Position numbers and translations under genes: made by a program. Below, piece by piece: positions 21,513 through 31,400 of a stretch of DNA of 64,000 bases. The first letter of the stretch is position 1; the number at the start of each line of letters is the position of its first letter. Where the stretch lies: positions 5,890,001-5,954,000 of the forward strand of contig OZ038379.1 in the NCBI GenBank assembly GCA_964036045.1, written 5' to 3'. Source of the stretch: Eutreptiella sp. 'Long Island Sound 2002' (taxonomy: Eukaryota > Protista > Euglenida). The notes beneath the pieces are model-generated. The model was not told where the DNA came from, made no database searches, and saw nothing but the letters and a program-made list of their open reading frames with translations.

Positions 21513-23483
21513 TCAATTATTCCGCCGGCCTCCCCACATGGAAGATGTGCGAGTGCTGCCTGGGGCCGTGCTTTCTTGTGAGCGGCGGGTCACTCCCGCG
21601 GCTGTGGCTGCTCGGGTAGCGGGCCGTGGAGGGGACTCGATCTTTTTGCGCTTGGAGGCCCGGGTGTCGGGCGACTCACCGGGGCGGAGGGAGGGGGGCA
21701 CGGACAGGGCGTTGGAGTCGGCGCGGAAGGGTTCCCCTGTGGAATCTCGCCGCCCATGTATGACCGCTTCCCAACCCGTGGGGTGGATGTAGGTACGGGT
21801 CCAGCGGGTGGCGAACAGGGTGTGGTAGACCTGGGTGGGGATCGCGGCGAAGCCAAAACCTGCCTTGACGTCAGAGGGTGTGACGTATACGGGCACCTCG
21901 AGGAGCTGCGAGAGGGCGGCCGAGGCTTCTGTGGGGTCTAGCTTCGCCAGACCCTGAACTCGGACTACGGACACGGCCGGGGGCTCAATCGCTGGCTGTA
22001 GCCCTGGGAGAGGGTTGGTGCCAATCAGCTGCGCAATCGGAGGCCCAGTCAGGGGTGCCGCGACTGCCGGGGGGGGCGGTTGGCTGGGGGCTGATACCGA
22101 CGCGGTCGCTGAGGTCGGTGGGGGCGGGGCACCCTCGTGCAGGAACCAAGCATGACCATCAGCCGCCGTGGGCTTGAGGGCCCGTTGCACGACCGCCACC
22201 AGGGCGCTGTGTTGTGACGGGCGGGTGAGGGCTAGTGTTGTGGCGAGGATGCTCTTACGGAACGTGACGGGGTCCTTCGCAGTGCTCATGTCGGTGAAGG
22301 TGGACATGGGGAGGGCCTCGTCGGATGCTACCACTACGGCGGCTTGCGCCCAATTGCTGAAACCGCGCTGTGCGGCCCGCGTGATGGTCTCGCCCAGGGT
22401 GGTGAGGGTGGCCCGCTGCTTGGCCTCGAGGTCTGGCCCCCCGTATTTGTCGGTCACTTTCTGCACGAACTGCTCGAGCTCCTTCGCCAGCCGCGGGCGG
22501 GAACCGGGGGGGCACGCCTCCCAGACCGACTTGGCCCCCAGGACCAGTGCGGCTGTCGTGGAGATGGCCCCCAGGTTGGTGGTGATGCGGGCTGGAAGGC
22601 CGTAGGGGCGGGCCAACAACGCTAGCGCAGAGGAGAGCGTGGCGGCCTGGTAGTTGGCTATGACGGACAGGTTGTCAAGAAGGGATTGGATGCTCGCTGG
22701 GTCGTGCGCTGGGGGGGCGTCCAGAAACTCCTCCCACGCGGCGGGAGCGGGGGGGGCATTGGGGCCTGCTTGTACCAGAGCGTCGCGCGCCTGCAGCTCT
22801 GCTCGAATGGATGGGTAGGTGAGGGTCCCGTCCTTCTCGCGCTCACTCAGCTCAGACTGCCACCCAGACAGTGCAAGCGGCCCAGGGCCCGGGTACTTGG
22901 CCCCCTTGTCGTTCTGCAAGACCAGGATGGTTGGGTAGGCAAGTTGGAGTCCTCGGTGCGTCGCAGCCCACAGCGTAAGCCAATGGATCAATGGGAAGCG
23001 AAGGACTACAGGGCGCACCGCTGTCACCCACCCAAGGACGTCCAGCAGGTCCTCGAACGCCAAGTTACGCAGTGAGTCATCGCCAAACTCACGGCAATGG
23101 GAGATGGCTGCGCGGAGGAGGACGTCGCGGTCGGTTGCTGGTTTCCCCGTGGCGTAGTCCAGCAGCAAGTGCACGCACTCCTGGTACGACAGCCAAGAGT
23201 AGGCGGGGAAGTGAGTGCGCAGCGTCTTGACGTCCAAGTCCTTGAGCTTGCCCGTCACCACTGCCCAGTACAACGCAAGCGAGGCCAGGACGCTGGACTG
23301 CGATGTCAAGAGAACGTTGTTGACGTTGACGTTGGACTCGTAGTGACGGGCTGTAGCGTACACCCGAGCGGTCGCAGCGTCTTCGGAGATGGACAGCACT
23401 GGCCACGTTTCGGCCCCACGAAGAGAGGCCTGCCGCTCAGCCGGGGACAGGGCCGCGAAAGTGTTGCGCGCAGCAGGAGGCAT
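21513..23483 (-). CDS. LINE ORF1 with RRM-like domain (ATG 23483, MPPAARNTF...)
   Basis: About 656 open codons; RNP2-like VVRVQGL and RNP1-like KAGFGFAAI followed by a basic low-complexity tail. Confidence 0.7.
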   Translation of the reverse strand: MPPAARNTFAALSPAERQASLRGAETWPVLSISEDAATARVYATARHYESNVNVNNVLLTSQSSVLASLALYWAVVTGKLKDLDVKTLRTHFPAYSWLSYQECVHLLLDYATGKPATDRDVLLRAAISHCREFGDDSLRNLAFEDLLDVLGWVTAVRPVVLRFPLIHWLTLWAATHRGLQLAYPTILVLQNDKGAKYPGPGPLALSGWQSELSEREKDGTLTYPSIRAELQARDALVQAGPNAPPAPAAWEEFLDAPPAHDPASIQSLLDNLSVIANYQAATLSSALALLARPYGLPARITTNLGAISTTAALVLGAKSVWEACPPGSRPRLAKELEQFVQKVTDKYGGPDLEAKQRATLTTLGETITRAAQRGFSNWAQAAVVVASDEALPMSTFTDMSTAKDPVTFRKSILATTLALTRPSQHSALVAVVQRALKPTAADGHAWFLHEGAPPPPTSATASVSAPSQPPPPAVAAPLTGPPIAQLIGTNPLPGLQPAIEPPAVSVVRVQGLAKLDPTEASAALSQLLEVPVYVTPSDVKAGFGFAAIPTQVYHTLFATRWTRTYIHPTGWEAVIHGRRDSTGEPFRADSNALSVPPSLRPGESPDTRASKRKKIESPPRPATRAATAAGVTRRSQESTAPGSTRTSSMWGGRRNN

Positions 23484-24149
23484 GAAACCTGAAGGCGAGG
23501 AGTGCGCGATGCGGGGCTCTGGGCCTCGGATCCTGCGGGCAGGGGTGGGCTGAGCATCATCTGTCCTATTGCGGCGGTGTTCCCCGTTCCCCCTCGCCCT
23601 GTGTGCACCCTCTGGTCGGCCCCCGCGTGTTCCCCGTCGCTGCGCTACTTGCTGTCCACGTGCTGTCACCCGCGCTGGCGTCCCTGTACTGTTACCCCTT
23701 CGTCGCCCCTCACCCTGACGCCCCTGTTCTTACAGTCACTGGCACTCGCGGCCTGGGTCGTGCACACAGCATATAACAGCACAGGCAATAGGGTCAGACA
23801 CAAGGACAGGCAGTTGGTTGCAGGGTGATGAAATTGGAACAGGGGGAGGGGGCATATGGCTTTGTCGGGGCAAGTCCGCAGGGCGTCGGGGGCGGACAGC
23901 TAGTGTGGGCTGGTCACGACCGCAGTTGTGGGTGCAGTCGTTGGCGGTCCCCTACGTCAGGTTCAGGGAGTGCAGCTGCCGCCAATCTCCAGTCAACGCG
24001 GCCTCCCTGTTCACGCTGGCCATCGCAGTTGGCGGTGGTCTGGTTCCCGACGGCCCAGGCTGGCCGTCCGCCCGTCCTCGGCTAGACAAAATGCCCCGGG
24101 CTGGGCTACCACCGAAGCCCAGCGCTGCCTTATCCCGGACGTCCACTGT

Positions 24150-24550
24150 GCACATCTGGTGCATGCCAGCTGCCACACGGCAGAGCCTGGGCCCCAGAGC
24201 CGTCCATAGCCGCACGGCGTCACGGGTGGGGGTTTCCTGGCTGGGGTATGCGCACACCTGGTGTCAGGTGTCTGCCACACGGCAGAGCCCGGGCCCCAAA
24301 GCCGTCCATAGCCGCACGGCGTCACGGTTGGGGGTATCCTGGCTGGGTTGGTGCACACCTGGTGTCTCGTTGCTGCCGCACGGCAGAGCCCGGGCCCCAG
24401 AGCCGTCCATAGCCGCACGGCGTCACGGATGGGGGTATCCTGGCTGGGTTGGTGCACACCTGGTGTTTTGTCGCTGCCCTACGGCAGAGCCTGGGCCGCA
24501 GAGCCGTCCATAGCCGCACGGCGTCACGGTTGGGGGTACTCTGGCTGGGG
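24150..24550 (-). repeat. About four ~101-bp tandem monomers in the LINE 5' UTR
   Basis: ccgtccatagccgcacggcgtcacgg recurs at 24200, 24302, 24403 and 24504. Confidence 0.9.
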
Positions 24551-25071
24551 GACCGCACGATCCCAGTGTATACTAAAAAAAAAAACCGGCTCTTGGTCAC
24601 GCACGTGACCGTGGGGACGAAAAGGGGCCATGTTGTTTCATGGCCAGGAGGCAGGAGGAGGGCCCTGATCCTCCCCGGAAGTCCTTGCGTTGCGCACTGT
24701 TTTCCCTCCCCCCCCCTGCTGGTGGTCACCGCACGGTGCCCCTCCAGTGCGGTCTGCCCCGCACGGGACACCGCAGTGTCGCCGAGCCTTGCGACTGGTG
24801 TTTTCCTCCTGGCGCCCCGGTCGCACGACCACCAGGGGGACTCCCGCGGTCCCAAACACATGGGATGGGCCCACCATCGGGGCTAGTGCTCGTCCCTTAT
24901 CCCAGGGGCGGGGGGGCGGTTCCTAGCTCGCTCAGTCTCCTGTCTTTGCCCGCGAGCTGCTGCTCTTCATTTCACCTTCTTTTTATTTTCTGGTTCCAGT
25001 GTCGCTGGATCACCTCGCATGGTGTTTTCTGCCCCCCCCCCCCCCCCCCCGCTGCCCTCTTTCTTGCACTT

Positions 25072-25401
25072 CCGCCTGGCTGACCAGGGCAGGCAACTGC
25101 ACCCGCGGTTCCCTCACCCACGTACCCCATCCCTGCTGCTCTCTGTGGCTGGCACACCGCGTGCCCCAAAAAAGCCTAAGCTACTTACACTAGACGGCTC
25201 TCCGCTTCCGGTGAAACGTCTTAATTTTGGCGCACAGGCATCACCTCCGCAAAAAATGCTTCACTGTACTTTACATAGTGGAGCACCCCAACCAAGAAGG
25301 GGACACGTGCATTGATTGGACTTCGCAGTACTGCTGGACTAATGGCTGGAATTGTCTATGGCGGGGACATTCAGTCTATCGGAACCGACCATTGATCCCC
25401 C
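25072..25401 (+). mobile_element. Short (~330 bp) retroposon-like insertion
   Basis: Flanked by the 13-bp direct repeat ctttcttgcactt (25059-25071, 25402-25414); ends in the same ...gaccattgatcccc 3' end seen at ~53310 and ~59850. Confidence 0.5.
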
Positions 25402-28400
25402 CTTTCTTGCACTTTGCTGCGGCCGGAGAGCATCGGCGGCCGTGGCAGTTCCTAACCGGGGCCGCGCGCTCCCGCCCGTCATTTGGATTTCCGGTTTTCC
25501 TGTGCCCTGTCTGGAGGGCAGCGGAGCTTGGGCACCCAGCAATACCCCAGCTTGGCTTCGCTGCCTCTCTCTCTCTTTCCACTGTGTGCAGTATATTTCC
25601 CCCAGGTTCCCCCGAGCCCCCCAAAGACCCAGGGTGGCGGCACTGCCTCTCCTGTCCGATGTATCAGGTTTTGCGCATGCGCTACCGCCCGTCAGATGGG
25701 TGCTCGTCTTATACCGTGGCCTTGTCTTGCAGGCAGGGTGGATCCAGGGAACGTGCTGGGCCACGTGGCGCTGAACTGCGCTGTTGTCCCGGCCTTGCAC
25801 CGCTTCGGTCCGTATAAACATTATTGTCTCTTCCTGCCTTGCATTTGTTTGAAACTAACCGATCGCATGCGGTGGTGAAGGTTGCGCGCCCGTTACCATC
25901 TTTTCTCCAACCGTTGGCCGGTTGGCCCGCCTGTGGTTCCTCTATCCCTTCCCACATGCCACAGGTGTGGAATGCCACCCCAGCGCGCCTGAACCCTGCG
26001 TGTGGTATTTTATTCCCTCCCTGTTGTTGCTCCAGCTAGTTATAAATTACCTTTAGCGGCGCTGCCGCCAGTTGCGTGTGGCCGGTGGTGCTTTGTATCC
26101 ACTGGCGCTGTGGTTTCCGCGCCAGTTTACCACCCTCACACCCTCTTCTCCTCCTATTGTATGTTTCTCCCTGCTCTGTTTGAAACTAAACAGCAACTGA
26201 AGGGGACAGGCCGAATGAGTGCCATGCTATGCAGCCCAGTCAGTTTGCAAGTAGTACAATGAATGCAGTCCACACCTTATGGACGACTGCTATTTTATTG
26301 ATCCTGGTTGTTCTTTAGAGTCGGCAGAAAGGACAGGCACTCAAGTGACCCGCAGAGCTAACCGCAAAAAACGCTTCCCTGTACTTTACATAACGGAGCA
26401 CCCCAACCCAGAAGGGGACACGTGCATTGATTGGACTTCGCAGTACTGCTGGACTAATGGCTGGAATTGTCTATGGCGGGGACATTCAGTCTATCGGAAC
26501 CGACCATTGATCCCCCCTTTCTTGCACTTTGCTGCGGCCGGAGAGCATCGGCGGCCGTGGCAGTTCCTAACCGGGGCCGCGCGCTCCCGCCCGTCATTTG
26601 GATTTCCGGTTTTCCTGTGCCCTGTCTGGAGGGCAGCGGAGCTTGGGCACCCAGCAATACCCCAGCTTGGCTTCGCTGCCTCTCTCTCTCTTTCCACTGT
26701 GTGCAGTATATTTCCCCCAGGTTCCCCCGAGCCCCCCAAAGACCCAGGGTGGCGGCACTGCCTCTCCTGTCCGATGTATCAGGTTTTGCGCATGCGCTAC
26801 CGCCCGTCAGATGGGTGCTCGTCTTATACCGTGGCCTTGTCTTGCAGGCAGGGTGGATCCAGGGAACGTGCTGGGCCACGTGGCGCTGAACTGCGCTGTT
26901 GTCCCGGCCTTGCACCGCTTCGGTCCGTATAAACATTATTGTCTCTTCCTGCCTTGCATTTGTTTGAAACTAACCGATCGCATGCGGTGGTGAAGGTTGC
27001 GCGCCCGTTACCATCTTTTCTCCAACCGTTGGCCGGTTGGCCCGCCTGTGGTTCCTCTATCCCTTCCCACATGCCACAGGTGTGGAATGCCACCCCAGCG
27101 CGCCTGAACCCTGCGTGTGGTATTTTATTCCCTCCCTGTTGTTGCTCCAGCTAGTTATAAATTACCTTTAGCGGCGCTGCCGCCAGTTGCGTGTGGCCGG
27201 TGGTGCTTTGTATCCACTGGCGCTGTGGTTTCCACGCCAGTTTACCAACCTCACACCCTCTTCTCCTCCTATTGTATGTTTCTCCCTGCTCTGTTTGAAA
27301 CTAAACAGCAACTGAAGGGGACAGGCCGAATGAGTGCCATGCTATGCAGCCCAGTCAGTTTGCAAGTAGTACAATGAATGCAGTCCACACCTTATGGACG
27401 ACTGCGATTTTTTTGATCCTGGTTGTTCTTTAGAGTCGGCAGAAAGGACAAGCACTCAAGTGACCCGCAGAGCTAACCGCAAAAAACGCTTCACTGTACT
27501 TTACATAGTGGAGCACCCCAACCAAGAAGGGGACACGTGCATTGATTGGACTTCGCAGTACTGCTGGACTAATGGCTGGAATTGTCTATGGCGGGGACAT
27601 TCAGTCTATCGGAACCGACCATTGATCCCCCCTTTCTTGCACTTTGCTGCGGCCGGAGAGCATCGGCGGCCGTGGCAGTTCCTAACCGGGGCCGCGCGCT
27701 CCCGCCCGTCATTTGGATTTCCGGTTTTCCTGTGCCCTGTCTGGAGGGCAGCGGAGCTTGGGCACCCAGCAATACCCCAGCTTGGCTTCGCTGCCTCTCT
27801 CTCTCTTTCCACTGTGTGCAGTATATTTCCCCCAGGTTCCCCCGAGCCCCCCAAAGACCCAGGGTGGCGGCACTGCCTCTCCTGTCCGATGTATCAGGTT
27901 TTGCGCATGCGCTACCGCCCGTCAGATGGGTGCTCGTCTTATACCGTGGCCTTGTCTTGCAGGCAGGGTGGATCCAGGGAACGTGCTGGGCCACGTGGCG
28001 CTGAACTGCGCTGTTGTCCCGGCCTTGCACCGCTTCGGTCCGTATAAACATTATTGTCTCTTCCTGCCTTGCATTTGTTTGAAACTAACCGATCGCATGC
28101 GGTGGTGAAGGTTGCGCGCCCGTTACCATCTTTTCTCCAACCGTTGGCCGGTTGGCCCGCCTGTGGTTCCTCTATCCCTTCCCACATGCCACAGGTGTGG
28201 AATGCCACCCCAGCGCGCCTGAACCCTGCGTGTGGTATTTTATTCCCTCCCTGTTGTTGCTCCAGCTAGTTATAAATTACCTTTAGCGGCGCTGCCGCCA
28301 GTTGCGTGTGGCCGGTGGTGCTTTGTATCCACTGGCGCTGTGGTTTCCACGCCAGTTTACCACCCTCACACCCTCTTCTCCTCCTATTGTATGTTTCTCC

Positions 28401-31400
28401 CTGCTCTGTTTGAAACTAAACAGCAACTGAAGGGGACAGGCCGAATGAGTGCCATGCTATGCAGCCCAGTCAGTTTGCAAGTAGTACAATGAATGCAGTC
28501 CACACCTTATGGACGACTGCTATTTTATTGATCCTGGTTGTTCTTTAGAGTCGGCAGAAAGGACAAGCACTCAAGTGACCCGCAGAGCTAACCGCAAAAA
28601 ACGCTTCCCTGTACTTTACATAACGGAGCACCCCAACCCAGAAGGGGACACGTGCATTGATTGGACTTCGCAGTACTGCTGGACTAATGGCTGGAATTGT
28701 CTATGGCGGGGACATTCAGTCTATCGGAACCGACCATTGATCCCCCCTTTCTTGCACTTTGCTGCGGCCGGAGAGCATCGGCGGCCGTGGCAGTTCCTAA
28801 CCGGGGCCGCGCGCTCCCGCCCGTCATTTGGATTTCCGGTTTTCCTGTGCCCTGTCTGGAGGGCAGCGGAGCTTGGGCACCCAGCAATACCCCAGCTTGG
28901 CTTCGCTGCCTCTCTCTCTCTTTCCACTGTGTGCAGTATATTTCCCCCAGGTTCCCCCGAGCCCCCCAAAGACCCAGGGTGGCGGCACTGCCTCTCCTGT
29001 CCGATGTATCAGGTTTTGCGCATGCGCTACCGCCCGTCAGATGGGTGCTCGTCTTATACCGTGGCCTTGTCTTGCAGGCAGGGTGGATCCAGGGAACGTG
29101 CTGGGCCACGTGGCGCTGAACTGCGCTGTTGTCCCGGCCTTGCACCGCTTCGGTCCGTATAAACATTATTGTCTCTTCCTGCCTTGCATTTGTTTGAAAC
29201 TAACCGATCGCATGCGGTGGTGAAGGTTGCGCGCCCGTTACCATCTTTTCTCCAACCGTTGGCCGGTTGGCCCGCCTGTGGTTCCTCTATCCCTTCCCAC
29301 ATGCCACAGGTGTGGAATGCCACCCCAGCGCGCCTGAACCCTGCGTGTGGTATTTTATTCCCTCCCTGTTGTTGCTCCAGCTAGTTATAAATTACCTTTA
29401 GCGGCGCTGCCGCCAGTTGCGTGTGGCCGGTGGTGCTTTGTATCCACTGGCGCTGTGGTTTCCGCGCCAGTTTACCAACCTCACACCCTCTTCTCCTCCT
29501 ATTGTATGTTTCTCCCTGCTCTGTTTGAAACTAAACAGCAACTGAAGGGGACAGGCCGAATGAGTGCCATGCTATGCAGCCCAGTCAGTTTGCAAGTAGT
29601 ACAATGAATGCAGTCCACACCTTATGGACGACTGCGATTTTTTTGATCCTGGTTGTTCTTTAGAGTCGGCAGAAAGGACAAGCACTCAAGTGACCCGCAG
29701 AGCTAACCGCAAAAAACGCTTCACTGTACTTTACATAGTGGAGCACCCCAACCAAGAAGGGGACACGTGCATTGATTGGACTTCGCAGTACTGCTGGACT
29801 AATGGCTGGAATTGTCTATGGCGGGGACATTCAGTCTATCGGAACCGACCATTGATCCCCCCTTTCTTGCACTTTGCTGCGGCCGGAGAGCATCGGCGGC
29901 CGTGGCAGTTCCTAACCGGGGCCGCGCGCTCCCGCCCGTCATTTGGATTTCCGGTTTTCCTGTGCCCTGTCTGGAGGGCAGCGGAGCTTGGGCACCCAGC
30001 AATACCCCAGCTTGGCTTCGCTGCCTCTCTCTCTCTTTCCACTGTGTGCAGTATATTTCCCCCAGGTTCCCCCGAGCCCCCCAAAGACCCAGGGTGGCGG
30101 CACTGCCTCTCCTGTCCGATGTATCAGGTTTTGCGCATGCGCTACCGCCCGTCAGATGGGTGCTCGTCTTATACCGTGGCCTTGTCTTGCAGGCAGGGTG
30201 GATCCAGGGAACGTGCTGGGCCACGTGGCGCTGAACTGCGCTGTTGTCCCGGCCTTGCACCGCTTCGGTCCGTATAAACATTATTGTCCCCTCCTGCCTT
30301 GCATTTGTTTGAAACTAACCGATCGCATGCGGTGGTGAAGGTTGCGCGCCCGTTACCATCTTTTCTCCAACCGTTGGCCGGTTGGCCCGCCTGTGGTTCC
30401 TCTATCCCTTCCCACATGCCACAGGTGTGGAATGCCACCCCAGCGCGCCTGAACCCTGCGTGTGGTATTTTATTCCCTCCCTGTTGTTGCTCCAGCTAGT
30501 TATAAATTACCTTTAGCGGCGCTGCCGCCAGTTGCGTGTGGCCGGTGGTGCTTTGTATCCACTGGCGCTGTGGTTTCCACGCCAGTTTACCACCCTCACA
30601 CCCTCTTCTCCTCCTATTGTATGTTTCTCCCTGCTCTGTTTGAAACTAAACAGCAACTGAAGGGGACAGGCCGAATGAGTGCCATGCTATGCAGCCCAGT
30701 CAGTTTGCAAGTAGTACAATGAATGCAGTCCACACCTTATGGACGACTGCTATTTTATTGATCCTGGTTGTTCTTTAGAGTCGGCAGAAAGGACAAGCAC
30801 TCAAGTGACCCGCAGAGCTAACCGCAAAAAACGCTTCCCTGTACTTTACATAACGGAGCACCCCAACCCAGAAGGGGACACGTGCATTGATTGGACTTCG
30901 CAGTACTGCTGGACTAATGGCTGGAATTGTCTATGGCGGGGACATTCAGTCTATCGGAACCGACCATTGATCCCCCCTTTCTTGCACTTTGCTGCGGCCG
31001 GAGAGCATCGGCGGCCGTGGCAGTTCCTAACCGGGGCCGCGCGCTCCCGCCCGTCATTTGGATTTCCGGTTTTCCTGTGCCCTGTCTGGAGGGCAGCGGA
31101 GCTTGGGCACCCAGCAATACCCCAGCTTGGCTTCGCTGCCTCTCTCTCTCTTTCCACTGTGTGCAGTATATTTCCCCCAGGTTCCCCCGAGCCCCCCAAA
31201 GACCCAGGGTGGCGGCACTGCCTCTCCTGTCCGATGTATCAGGTTTTGCGCATGCGCTACCGCCCGTCAGATGGGTGCTCGTCTTATACCGTGGCCTTGT
31301 CTTGCAGGCAGGGTGGATCCAGGGAACGTGCTGGGCCACGTGGCGCTGAACTGCGCTGTTGTCCCGGCCTTGCACCGCTTCGGTCCGTATAAACATTATT

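Larger units (their letters stand above)
15859..24849 (-). mobile_element. Full-length non-LTR retrotransposon (about 8.99 kb)
   Basis: Perfect 14-bp TSD TCCCAAACACATGG at 15845-15858 and 24850-24863; 3' tail of (GACACCA)x3; intact pol frame. Confidence 0.9.
9481..24886 (+). mobile_element. Tyrosine-recombinase retrotransposon with gag-YR-RT/RH order (VIPER/TATE-like), interrupted by a LINE
   Basis: Domain order as listed above; termini not identified, so the coordinates cover only the coding core. Confidence 0.75.

Noticed and set aside
8060-23608. Numerous long antisense and alternate-frame ORFs over the GC-rich elements
   Set aside because: Expected shadows of high-GC coding sequence; no motifs.
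26279-26932. 217-aa ORF (and the other short ORFs) repeated in every array unit
   Set aside because: No recognisable domain, the first unit has a different N-terminus, and recurrence is explained by DNA repetition alone.
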